NCBI GenBank assembly: GCA_034432935.1
Contig: DAOUBD010000005.1
Location: forward strand, 1,054 to 65,053
DNA from: Dehalococcoidia bacterium
Lineage (GTDB): Bacteria > Chloroflexota > Dehalococcoidia > SM23-28-2 > RBG-16-64-32
Reading direction: 5' to 3'
DNA: 64,000 nt
Shown piece by piece: positions 29,004 to 37,998 of this stretch (its first letter is position 1; every line of letters starts with the position of its first letter). The position numbers and the translations under genes are program-made. The notes beneath the pieces are model-generated. The model did not search any database. It was not told the DNA's origin and was given only the letters and a program-made list of their open reading frames with translations.

Positions 29004-30089
29004 CTACTCCGCTCCAAGAAGCTCCACGTCGAAAATGAGCGTAGCGTTCGGAGGGATCGCCGGAGGGCTGCCAGAGGCCCCGTACGCCAGCTCCGGCGGT
29101 ATGATAAGCCGCCGCTTGCCGCCCACCTTCATGGAGGCGACGCCCTCGTCCCAGCCGGCGATCACCTGGCCCCGGCTCAAGAGGAACGAGAGCGGGCTGG
29201 CCCTGTCGATGGAAGAATCGAATTTGGTCTGGCTGCCGGCGAGCCAACCGGTATACTCCACCGTCACCTTCTGTCCTGGCTGCGGGGCGGGCCCCGTGCC
29301 CTCCTGGATATCGATGTACTGGAGGCCGCTAGGGGTGGTAACGGGCGTGCCGCTCACGGGCGGGGGCGACTCTGGCGCTGGCTCACGCACGTCCACCAAC
29401 TGCACATCCATCACCAGTGTGGCGTTGGGGGGGATGGCCGGCGGCGAGCCCTGCTCACCATACCCCAGGCTGGGTGGTATGAGGAGCTTGCGCCGGCCGC
29501 CGACCCTCATAGTGGCCACACCCTCCTCCCAGCCTTTGATGACCTGGCCGCTGCCCAATCGGAAGCCGAAGGGGCGCCCCCGGGCGACGGTGCTGTCGAA
29601 GACATCGCCCCCTTTGACCTTGCCCACGTAATGCACGACCACCACCTGGCCCTCCTGGGGGGCTGGGCCATCGCCCGTCACGACGTCCACGTACTTCAGG
29701 CCGCTGGGAGTCGTGACGGCCCCGGAGAACTCGTCGCTGCCCCGCAGGGCGGCTGCCAGGACCAGGGCGCCGCCTACCGCCGATGCTAGTCCGCCGGCCA
29801 TCAGGAGCCACGGCAGCCAGGATGGGATGCGGGCCCAGCGGGCCGCCCGCCTCTCCCGCGCCTGCGCCAGGGCCAGGGCCCGCGCCTGGTCGTACGCTGC
29901 CCTCCGGCGCGGGTCGTCGAGCGTATCGAAGGCCTCGTTGATCTCGCGCATCATCGCCGGGTCCCTCGGCGCCTTGTCAGGGTCCGGCTGGTATCGCCGG
30001 GCTAGGCGCTCGTAGGCCTGGGCGATCTGCTCACGGGTGGCCTGGGGTCCAACCCCCAGGACGGCGTAGTAGTCCTTGTGGCTCGTCAC
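29004..30089 (-). CDS. membrane protein: N-terminal J-domain, one TM helix, two FKBP-type PPIase domains
   Basis: J-domain DYYAVLGV...[12 protein letters not shown], a TM helix [25 protein letters not shown], and two FKBP12-like domains ([21 protein letters not shown]...; [21 protein letters not shown]...IFDVELL). Confidence 0.75.
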   Translation of the reverse strand: MTSHKDYYAVLGVGPQATREQIAQAYERLARRYQPDPDKAPRDPAMMREINEAFDTLDDPRRRAAYDQARALALAQARERRAARWARIPSWLPWLLMAGGLASAVGGALVLAAALRGSDEFSGAVTTPSGLKYVDVVTGDGPAPQEGQVVVVHYVGKVKGGDVFDSTVARGRPFGFRLGSGQVIKGWEEGVATMRVGGRRKLLIPPSLGYGEQGSPPAIPPNATLVMDVQLVDVREPAPESPPPVSGTPVTTPSGLQYIDIQEGTGPAPQPGQKVTVEYTGWLAGSQTKFDSSIDRASPLSFLLSRGQVIAGWDEGVASMKVGGKRRLIIPPELAYGASGSPPAIPPNATLIFDVELLGAE

Positions 30090-30976
30090 GGCGATGGGCT
30101 GGCTGGAGGCTGCGAGGGAGCACTGGCCGTTGGTACCGGTGTGGCCTTCCTGAAGATATCGACTAATTCGACGTCAAAGATCAACGTGGCGTTGGGCGGT
30201 ATCTTGGGCGGCGAGCCGGTAACCCCGTAGCCTAGCTCGGGCGGGATGATGAGGCGGCGCTTGCCACCCTTCTGCATCGTCGCTAGGCCCTCGTCCCAGC
30301 CCTTGATTACGCTTCCGGTTCCCAGGACGAAGCTGAAGGGGGCGGCGCGCTCCACCGAGCTATCGAACTTCGTGCCGTCGGACTGGAGCCAACCCGTGTA
30401 GTTGACCACGACGGTGTCGCCCGGCGATGGCGGGTCGCCCGTGCCGGGCTGGATATCGATGTACTGGAGGCCAGAGGGGGTGGTGACGGCTTCGCCCGTG
30501 ACCTCTGGCGGGTTGGCCGGCGCCACTCCCGGCGTCTGGGCCGGCAGCGTCGGCGTGGGGCTGGCCGGGGCGACGCTGGCGCTGACCGTGGGCTGGCTGA
30601 CGGCGTTCTGGCCGCCGCCACCGCCGGTGAGGGATGCCACTATGACGGCGATGATGATGAGGACGGCTATGCCGAGGCCGATGCCGCCCAAGAACTCGGG
30701 CCGCGCTAGGAAGTCGGAGAACGCCGACTCCTGCGCCTCGACGGCGGCGCCCGGTTTGCGGCGGGAGCGGCGCCGGTCGTACTCTGCCCGGCGTTTCGGG
30801 TCCTTGAGGACGGCGTAGGCTGCCTGAAGCTCCTCCCAGCGCTGCCGCGCCTTGGGTTTGCGGCTCGTGGCGGGATCGTAAAGGCGCGCCAGCCGCTCGT
30901 ACGCCCGCTCGATCTCCGCCTGGCTGGCCGAGCGGCTCACTTGCAGCACGGAGTAATAGTCTCGCTGTTTCTCCAC
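30086..30976 (-). CDS. membrane protein: N-terminal J-domain, one TM helix, Pro/Thr/Ala-rich linker, one FKBP-type PPIase domain
   Basis: J-domain DYYSVLQV...[13 protein letters not shown] helix [20 protein letters not shown], and an FKBP domain [19 protein letters not shown]...GWDEGLATM...[12 protein letters not shown]. Its start overlaps the upstream paralog's stop. Confidence 0.75.
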   Translation of the reverse strand: MEKQRDYYSVLQVSRSASQAEIERAYERLARLYDPATSRKPKARQRWEELQAAYAVLKDPKRRAEYDRRRSRRKPGAAVEAQESAFSDFLARPEFLGGIGLGIAVLIIIAVIVASLTGGGGGQNAVSQPTVSASVAPASPTPTLPAQTPGVAPANPPEVTGEAVTTPSGLQYIDIQPGTGDPPSPGDTVVVNYTGWLQSDGTKFDSSVERAAPFSFVLGTGSVIKGWDEGLATMQKGGKRRLIIPPELGYGVTGSPPKIPPNATLIFDVELVDIFRKATPVPTASAPSQPPASPSP

Positions 30977-31097
30977 GTACTGGTACCTCGGAGTTGATCA
31001 GGATCGCCCAACGTGCGGCGTGAGAACATTGTACAGGAACGGCCGTTGAGCGCCACCGTCTGGCTCGCCCGCTGCGGTTGCCTCTTGATCCAGACTG

Positions 31098-32702
31098 ATG
31101 CACCCTATAGCCGTGCCTGCCGCCGATCTGCCAGCCGTGGTCCGGGCGCTCTTGCGCCCTGATGCCTACCTCCACCCGGTGCAGCGCGTGGAGCTCCGCC
31201 AGACTCACATCTCTTTCGTCCTTTTGGCTGGGGAGTACGCCTATAAGGTGAAGAAGGCGGTGAACTTCGGCTTCCTGGACTACTCCACCCTTGCCAAACG
31301 CCGTTTCTACTGCCAGCAGGAGGTATCGCTGAACTCCCGCCTTTGCTCGGGGACCTACCTGGGCGTCGTGGCCGTACGGGAGGAGGCTGGGCGTGTGAGG
31401 ATGGGCGGTTCCGGCAGAACGATAGAGTACGCCGTACAGATGCGGCGCCTTCCGGCCGAGCGCATGATGGACCGTCTGTTGGCCGAAGGCAAGGTGACGG
31501 AAGAGATGGTCCGCAATCTGGCCCGCGTGCTTGCTGATTTCCACGGCCGGGCCGAGACGAACGCCCGAATAGCGGCCACCGGCCTGAAGGGGATCCGCTA
31601 CGCTTGGGAAGAGAACTTCCGCCAGTGGCAGCCCTTCATCGGCCAGACGATCTCGCCGGAGCAGGACGCCGCCCTGCGGGCGTTTGGCCGGCGCTTCTTC
31701 GCGCGCAAGGGGGCCTTCCTGGCGGCCCGCGCGGACGGCGGCCGGGTGCGCGATTGCCACGGGGACCTGCGCTCCGACAGCGTCTGCTTCGTGGACGGCC
31801 TCTGCATCTACGATTGCATAGAGTTCAACCGCCGCTTTCGCTACACGGACGTGGCGGGCGACGTCGGCTTTCTGGCTATGGATCTGGACTACCGGGGCCA
31901 CCCAGAGCTGGCCAGGGCGTTCGTAGATGAATACGTGCGAACCTCGGGCGATGCCGGGCTCCTGGAGGTAATCGATTTCTTCAAGTGTTACCGGGCGGCG
32001 GTCCGCGGCAAGGTGGAGGGCTTCCTTCTGGCGCAGGCGGAGGTGCCGGCCGCGGAGAAGCGCCGCGCCCGGGCTGCGGCCAAGCGCTATTTCGATCTGG
32101 CCTGCCAGTACGCGCGGGCTCACGCTCCTCCCCTCTTGCTCATCACCTGCGGCCTCTCTGCCACCGGCAAGTCCACGCTGGCCCGGGCCCTGGGCCAGAA
32201 GATCGGCGCAGAGGTGATCTCGTCCGACGTCGTACGCAAGCGCTTGGCCGGCCTGGAGCCAACGCAGAGGCGGGAGGAGCCCTTCGGCCGCGGAATCTAC
32301 GGCCCGGAGTTCACGGAGCGCACCTACGCTGCCCTGCTGGATGCCGCGCGGCGCGCCCTGGACGCTGGCCGGCCGGCCATTCTCGACGCCACGTACCTGC
32401 GGCGGACGCACCGGCGCCAGGCGCGGCGGCTGGCGGAGGAGCTGGGCGCTGAGTTCGCCTGCGTCTACCTGCGGGCGGAGGATGCCCTGGTCCGGCGCCG
32501 CATCGAGAAGCGGCTTCGGGAGGGGGCGGACCCTTCGGATGCGGGCTGGAGCGTCTACGTGCGGCAGAAGCGGCGCTTCCAGAGGCCGAGCGAGGTGCCA
32601 GCGGAGCGTCTCATCACGGTGGACGCTGCCCGTCCTGTGGCCGCGCAGGTGCGGGCTGTGCTGGACGCTTTGCGCAGGCTGTCGCCCCACTCGTTGCCCT
32701 AG
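31098..32702 (+). CDS. bifunctional aminoglycoside-phosphotransferase-like kinase / P-loop ATP-binding (AAA_33-like) protein
   Basis: N-terminal half has the APH-like Brenner motif HGDLRSDSV plus DCIEF. C-terminal half has Walker A GLSATGKST and a zeta-toxin/PNK-like fold. Confidence 0.65.
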   Translation: MHPIAVPAADLPAVVRALLRPDAYLHPVQRVELRQTHISFVLLAGEYAYKVKKAVNFGFLDYSTLAKRRFYCQQEVSLNSRLCSGTYLGVVAVREEAGRVRMGGSGRTIEYAVQMRRLPAERMMDRLLAEGKVTEEMVRNLARVLADFHGRAETNARIAATGLKGIRYAWEENFRQWQPFIGQTISPEQDAALRAFGRRFFARKGAFLAARADGGRVRDCHGDLRSDSVCFVDGLCIYDCIEFNRRFRYTDVAGDVGFLAMDLDYRGHPELARAFVDEYVRTSGDAGLLEVIDFFKCYRAAVRGKVEGFLLAQAEVPAAEKRRARAAAKRYFDLACQYARAHAPPLLLITCGLSATGKSTLARALGQKIGAEVISSDVVRKRLAGLEPTQRREEPFGRGIYGPEFTERTYAALLDAARRALDAGRPAILDATYLRRTHRRQARRLAEELGAEFACVYLRAEDALVRRRIEKRLREGADPSDAGWSVYVRQKRRFQRPSEVPAERLITVDAARPVAAQVRAVLDALRRLSPHSLP

Positions 32703-32770
32703 GCCCAGCCCTTCGCCTTGGAGATGCTGGGCGGCGCTCCCCTGGGCATGCGCCCCGTGGGCCGCGGCCC

Positions 32771-32798
32771 TTGACGTGCTGCGGGCACGATGTAAGAT
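32771..32798 (+). promoter_or_regulatory. sigma70-like promoter TTGACG-16 nt-TAAGAT upstream of the GYD gene
   Basis: Read from the sequence. A strong SD (AAAGGAGG) sits 6 nt before the ATG at 32875. Confidence 0.4.
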
Positions 32799-32874
32799 GG
32801 TGCGAGAAGGCTGGAGCGCCGGCCGGCGGAGGGGGAGTGACTGCCGTCCGGCCTAGGCCCAAAGGAGGTAGCCC

Positions 32875-33174
32875 ATGGCCACGTACATCATGCTCAGCAC
32901 CCTGACCGACGAGGGGCGCAAGACGCTGAAGGAGCGCCCAGAGCGCCTCCAGGAGGTAAACCGGGAGATCGAGGCCATGGGGGCCCGCGTAGTGCAGCAG
33001 TACGCCGTCCTGGGCGGCTACGACTTCGTGAACATCATCGAGGCGCCGGACAACGAAACCATCGCCCGCGTCTCGGTGGAGCTGGGCGCCCGGGGCACCG
33101 TGCAGTTGACGACCCTGGCGGCGATCCCCGTCGACACCTTCACCCAGATGCTCAAGGGGCACGCATCGGCCTGA
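32875..33174 (+). CDS. GYD domain-containing protein
   Basis: 99 aa with the GYDF motif (LGGYDFVNIIEAPDNET). Confidence 0.7.
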   Translation: MATYIMLSTLTDEGRKTLKERPERLQEVNREIEAMGARVVQQYAVLGGYDFVNIIEAPDNETIARVSVELGARGTVQLTTLAAIPVDTFTQMLKGHASA

Positions 33175-33182
33175 GGCGCGCC

Positions 33183-34196
33183 GTGGCGGGTTACATCGTC
33201 TTCACGAGGCTGACGCCGGCCGGCCAGAAATCCCTTCGCAACAACCCCAACCGTCTGGCCGAGGTGGCGGCCCAGGTGCGCAGCCTGGGGGTCAAGATCA
33301 CTAGGCAGTACGCCACCCTGGGAGACTACGACTTCATCACCTTCATAGAGGCGCCGGACAACGTGACGGTGGCCAAGGCGGCGGCCGAGATCAGCGCGCT
33401 GGGTACTATGCGCCTGGAGGTCTTCCCCGTCCTGTCCATGGACAGATTCGCCCACCTGCTGCGCCTTCAGCCCTATCGAACGGAGCCCCACCGCTGGCAG
33501 ACGGCCCTTTGGGCGCGGGCCATTCGCCGCGTGTTCCGCTACGTGGCCGCCACCCAGTACGTGCGCCGCTTCTGCCGTCCGCTGACCGTAGAGGGGCGGG
33601 AGAACCTGGAGGGCCTGAAGGGCCCCGCCGTCATCATCGCCAATCACAGCTCGCATCTGGACACTCCCGTGGTGCTCAGCGCGCTGCCAGGACGTATCAG
33701 CAGCCGTCTGGCCATCGCTGCGGCGGCCGATAAGTTCTACGCCTCGCGCCGCAAGTTGGCGTGGCGCTACTCCCTCTTCCTCAACACCTTCCCGGTGCAC
33801 CGCGGCGGCGGGGTCAAGCAGTTGGAGTACCCGCTGTCGCTCTTGGAGCGGGGCTGGTCCATCCTTATCTTTCCTGAGGGTGGCCGGTCCAAGACGGGGC
33901 AGATCGGCCGCTTCAAGGCGGGGCCGGCCATCATGGCCATGGAGGCTGGGGTGCCGGTGGTCCCCATCTACATGGAAGGTTTGCGGGAGATCCTCCCCAA
34001 GGGCTCGCGGCAGCCGCGGCCGGGGCCGGCGGTGGCCCGGATAGGCAGGCCCGTCTCCCTTGCTGGAGCGGCCTCCGTGGCCGAGGCCACGGTCTTGCTG
34101 GAGAACGCCATGCGCTCCCTGGCGGGCTTGCCCCCACGGCAGGCGGCGTCCCCGGCGGCCCAGCCGGGCGGCCTGGGGCAACCTACGGCTGGCTGA
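33183..34196 (+). CDS. fusion protein: N-terminal GYD domain + lysophospholipid (1-acyl-sn-glycerol-3-phosphate) acyltransferase PlsC-like domain
   Basis: Residues 1-95 are paralogous to the upstream GYD protein (LGDYDFITFIEAPDNVT). The C-terminal part has the acyltransferase HX4D motif NHSSHLDTPV and FPEGGRS. Confidence 0.7.
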   Translation: MAGYIVFTRLTPAGQKSLRNNPNRLAEVAAQVRSLGVKITRQYATLGDYDFITFIEAPDNVTVAKAAAEISALGTMRLEVFPVLSMDRFAHLLRLQPYRTEPHRWQTALWARAIRRVFRYVAATQYVRRFCRPLTVEGRENLEGLKGPAVIIANHSSHLDTPVVLSALPGRISSRLAIAAAADKFYASRRKLAWRYSLFLNTFPVHRGGGVKQLEYPLSLLERGWSILIFPEGGRSKTGQIGRFKAGPAIMAMEAGVPVVPIYMEGLREILPKGSRQPRPGPAVARIGRPVSLAGAASVAEATVLLENAMRSLAGLPPRQAASPAAQPGGLGQPTAG

Positions 34197-34899
34197 CGGC
34201 GGCCTGGACCTTGGCCGCCAAGGCGTCCAGGCTCAGGCCTTCGACGGCGCTCGCGAAGGGATTCTGCGGCAGGGCAGACACCTTCCCGCCGTCGCCAATC
34301 CGGTAGTGTCCGGTCCAGGGCTGCGCTTCGTAGGTCCCGGTGACGGCGCCGGCCTTGAGGAAGAGGAGGGCGCGGTCGCCCGGGAGGAGGAGGGGGTCAG
34401 CGTCCGCCACGGCGAGAACGGCGCTGGTCCAGTCGAGATATGGTTGGGGGCCGCCGCCCTGGCGCAAGGTTATGGTAGCGGGAGGGGCGCCTTTGAGGAC
34501 CTGCTGGACTGAGATGGTGACGGAAGCCTGCCACTGGGGCTCGAAGGACACCCCCTGGGCGGTGCCCACCACGATAGCGTCAGCAGCCTGCGCGGCCTCG
34601 GCCAGGGTCGGGTAGGGCGGCGGGTAGTCCGCGCTGAGGGGGACCCTGGGCAGGGAGCTGAGGCCGGCGTCCGGAGAGTTGAACTGGGCCAGCCACTGGG
34701 AGAGCCTGGACTCGAACTCCTTCTGGGAGCTCGCGATGAGGGTCTGGCACTCGGCGCTGGAGAGGCCCTGGCAGGGGTCTTGGGCCTTCGGCTCGCCGCT
34801 CTGGCCGCCAGAGGCGATGGCGTAGACCCCAGCCGCCAGGGCCAGGCCGGCCAGCACGCTGACTATGGCCCCTGCCGTTCGGAGACGCGTAAGCCTCAT
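34183..34899 (-). CDS. secreted/membrane-anchored hypothetical protein
   Basis: Signal peptide or anchor MRLTRLRTAGAIVSVLAGLALAAGVYA. No recognisable domain. Confidence 0.4.
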   Translation of the reverse strand: MRLTRLRTAGAIVSVLAGLALAAGVYAIASGGQSGEPKAQDPCQGLSSAECQTLIASSQKEFESRLSQWLAQFNSPDAGLSSLPRVPLSADYPPPYPTLAEAAQAADAIVVGTAQGVSFEPQWQASVTISVQQVLKGAPPATITLRQGGGPQPYLDWTSAVLAVADADPLLLPGDRALLFLKAGAVTGTYEAQPWTGHYRIGDGGKVSALPQNPFASAVEGLSLDALAAKVQAAVSQP

Positions 34900-35038
34900 G
34901 ATGCCTGCCTCCTTCAGTAAGGCCAGCGGTAGATACAGCGGATGCCCCAGAATAGTGTAGCTGAGCTTGGGCAATCCCAGACGCCTATGTCCACGGCCTG
35001 AGGCCCAACTCGGGGCGGGGTTGTTACTGCCCAGTACA

Positions 35039-35572
35039 TCAGCGCCGTTGGGTTGTCATGGTGGGCGAGACCAAGAGCGTGGCCGTACTCGCGCGCAAAC
35101 AGCCATTGCTGTTGGTCGAAGTAAAGCGGAAAATCCCCCTGTCGATATCTATGTTAGAGTACCATATGTTGATCGCGACCATGTAGCTGAAGCAGACTCC
35201 GGCCGTGTTGCAGTTACTGGTTATGGCCCACCCCGGCGTGGAGGCTTGATCCCTGACGTAAACCCAGGTGTCGTTGGTCTGCGGGGCCCAGTGCAGCATT
35301 TGCGGGCCGTCCGCGTCATTCCGCGCCCACATCGCATTATTGAACGCATCCCACCACCACGCGCGTTGGTCCGAGAACTCGTCGATCAGCCGGACAGGCA
35401 ACCATTGGTCCAGAACCCAGTTACTCCGGCAGAGCCTCGGGGTGCCTGCCTTCCAGCACGTGCCGTAACCCATCGCGTGCCCCGCCTCAGCCGGGCCTGG
35501 GCTGAATACCAATAACCATATTAAGGCGCTTGCTGTCGAAACTGCGCCGTGCCACGCGAGAACCCGCCGCAT
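35039..35572 (-). CDS. small secreted Trp/Cys-rich hypothetical protein
   Basis: Signal peptide ending ...PAEA, with 10 Trp and 7 Cys in the remaining ~150 aa. It lies in a local low-GC stretch. Confidence 0.4.
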   Translation of the reverse strand: MRRVLAWHGAVSTASALIWLLVFSPGPAEAGHAMGYGTCWKAGTPRLCRSNWVLDQWLPVRLIDEFSDQRAWWWDAFNNAMWARNDADGPQMLHWAPQTNDTWVYVRDQASTPGWAITSNCNTAGVCFSYMVAINIWYSNIDIDRGIFRFTSTNSNGCLRASTATLLVSPTMTTQRR

Positions 35573-35709
35573 GGCTATACTGTGTGTGTGTCAAGTGCTG
35601 TCAGTGGCAGAGAAAGGCGATACGAGGACATTGTCGGTTGCACGGGGCAAGAAACGTTTGAAATCGCACTCGGAGACGTACCAAGCGGCTCGGAAGGGCC
35701 AGCGGTTGG

Positions 35710-36903
35710 CTAGCTGCGCCGGGCCGCTCGCCCGGGCCGCTGGGGGGATGGCGCAGGGGCCAGTGCGATGATCTCGCTGGCGCTGCCCTCCGCTAGCTGG
35801 CCCAGGCCGCGCCTCTCGGCTATCACCCTCTGCCCTTCCTCCAGCAAAGCGCTGAGGAACTCCGCCTCCGGCACGACCCTCACCACTTGCCCCTTGCGGA
35901 AGATGGCGCCCCGGCCCTTCCCGGCCGCCAGCCCGACATCGGCATCCCTCGATTCGCCCGGCCCGTTGACGACGCAGCCCATGACGGCCACGGTGATGGG
36001 TTCGCCCAGGGCCTGGAAGTGCGCCTCCACCTGTTTGGCCAGGGGGATCAGGTCCACTTCGATGCGGCCGCAAGTGGGGCAGGCCACGATGGTGGGGCCG
36101 CGCTGGCGCAGGTTGAGCGACTTCAGGATCTCCCAGCAGACGGGCAGCTCCTCGACGGGGTCCGCCGCCAGCGACACGCGGATGGTATCGCCGATGCCCT
36201 CCGCCAGGAGGATGCCGATGCCTACAGCCGAACGCACGCTGCCGGCGCCGGGCGTCCCGGCTTCGGTGACGCCCAGGTGCAGGGGATACGGCACCCGGCG
36301 GGCGATCTCCCGGTAGGCGGCGACCATGGTGGGGACATCGAAGGCCTTAAGGGAGACCTTGATGTCCTCGAAGCCCATCTCCTCCAATATGCCGATCTCC
36401 CAGAGGGCGGCGTCCACCATCCGCCGGGCCTTGCTGGGAGGCATCTCGCCCTCGGCCAGGGGCGGCAAGGGCGGCAGAGAGCCCTCGTTGACGCCCACCC
36501 GGATGGGGATGCCCCGCTCCTTGGCCGCCCTCACCACCTGCCGCACCTTCCCAGGATCCCGGATGTTGCCCGGGTTCAGCCTCAGGCCGTGGACGCCGGC
36601 TTGGATGGAGGCCAGGGCCAGGCGATGGTCGAAGTGGATGTCCGCTATGATGGGCACCGGAGTCCGGCGCACGATCTCCGGCAGCGCCTCCGCCGCTTGG
36701 CGGTCCGGCACGGCCACCCGCACGATCTCGGCGCCAGCGTCTGCCAGGCGGGCGATCTGCTCGACGGTGGCCTTGGCGTCGGCGGTATCGGTGTTGGTCA
36801 TCGTTTGCACCACGATGGGTGCGCCGCCTCCCACCTGTACGCCGCCCACGAAGACGGGCCGTGAGGGCCTGCGGGGCGCCAGGGGCGTGGTTCCCTCCGT
36901 CAT
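35710..36903 (-). CDS. ispG: 4-hydroxy-3-methylbut-2-en-1-yl diphosphate synthase (flavodoxin)
   Basis: VQSMTNTDT and CPTCGR motifs. The true start is MTEGTTP at 36903 (ATGA overlap with the rseP stop), and the in-frame upstream ORF extension is spurious. Confidence 0.9.
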   Translation of the reverse strand: MTEGTTPLAPRRPSRPVFVGGVQVGGGAPIVVQTMTNTDTADAKATVEQIARLADAGAEIVRVAVPDRQAAEALPEIVRRTPVPIIADIHFDHRLALASIQAGVHGLRLNPGNIRDPGKVRQVVRAAKERGIPIRVGVNEGSLPPLPPLAEGEMPPSKARRMVDAALWEIGILEEMGFEDIKVSLKAFDVPTMVAAYREIARRVPYPLHLGVTEAGTPGAGSVRSAVGIGILLAEGIGDTIRVSLAADPVEELPVCWEILKSLNLRQRGPTIVACPTCGRIEVDLIPLAKQVEAHFQALGEPITVAVMGCVVNGPGESRDADVGLAAGKGRGAIFRKGQVVRVVPEAEFLSALLEEGQRVIAERRGLGQLAEGSASEIIALAPAPSPQRPGRAARRS

Positions 36904-37992
36904 TCGAATAGGCTCCGGCCGCTGATGATGCGGATGATATCGAAGTAGGTGACGACAACGGCCATGGTGATGATGATAGCCAGGCCGATGAGGTGGACGA
37001 TGGCCTCCTTCTCTGGCGCGATGCGCTTGCCGCCCCGGGCGATCTCTATGAGCACGAAGGCGATTCGCCCGCCGTCCAGCATGGGCAGCGGGAGGATGTT
37101 GATGATGGCCAGGTTGATGGAGAGGAGGGCTGCGAAGTCCAGCAAGGTCTGCCAGCCTGACTCCTGAACCACCTCGCCGGTGGCCTGGGCGATGCCGACG
37201 GGGCCGGCTACATCCGGCCCAGAACCGCCGTGGAACATGGCCACGATCTGGTTTCGAGCCAGGATCAGGGAGTCCCAGGTGGCTGTCCACCCCTTGGGCA
37301 GGGCCTTCCAGAGCGGGTAGCTCTCAGTATCGTGGAACTGGGGGTACTTGTTGGCGATGATAATCCCCGTGGGGCCCTGCCCCGAAGGCGGCGCCCAGCG
37401 GGCTTTGACCGGGACCTCCAGGACCTGCGTCTGTCCGCCGCTGCCCAGGACCTGGCGTTTCACGGTGAATTTGACGGTCTCCCCCATGTTCAGGCGGATA
37501 AGGCGCCCCACCTCTTGCGTGTTCTTCACGGACTCCCCGTTCAGGGCCAGGATGGTGTCTCCGGGTTGCAGGCCGGCCTCCGCCGCCGGCGAACCCTGGG
37601 CCACGGCCTCGATGACAGCCGGTCCCACGGGCACCTGACGCGGGATCATGAAGGCGATGGCGAAAAGGATCACCGGCAGGATGAAGTTCATGCCGGACCC
37701 CGCGCCCAAGACGATGAGACGCTTCCAGGCCGCCTGGGCCGCCAGGCTCTGAGGGTCGGACGGGTCTTCTTCCCCCAGGAGCCTCACGAAGCCGCCCAGG
37801 GGCAGCCAGTTGATGGAGTAGAGGGTGCCTTTCCAGTTGAAGCCCCAGATGCGAGGCGGATACCCGAGCCCCGCTTCCAGCACCTTCACCTTGAACAGCT
37901 TGGCGGTGATGTAATGGCCCAGCTCGTGGAAGACGATGAGGCCCACCAGCATGGCCAGGAAGGGCAAGACGGAGTAAATCACACCCGCCATA
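36900..37992 (-). CDS. rseP: RIP metalloprotease RseP (site-2 protease, M50)
   Basis: HELGHYITAKLF zinc motif, a PDZ domain and the LDGGR motif. The start is taken at MAGVIYSVLPF. Confidence 0.8.
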
Positions 37993-37998
37993 GCGGCC

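Noticed and set aside
36904-37290. 129-aa His/Arg/Pro-rich N-terminal extension of the ispG ORF (35710..37290)
   Set aside because: Canonical IspG begins at MTEGTTP (36903) with an ATGA overlap onto the rseP stop. The extension lies inside the rseP coding region in another frame and is low-complexity.
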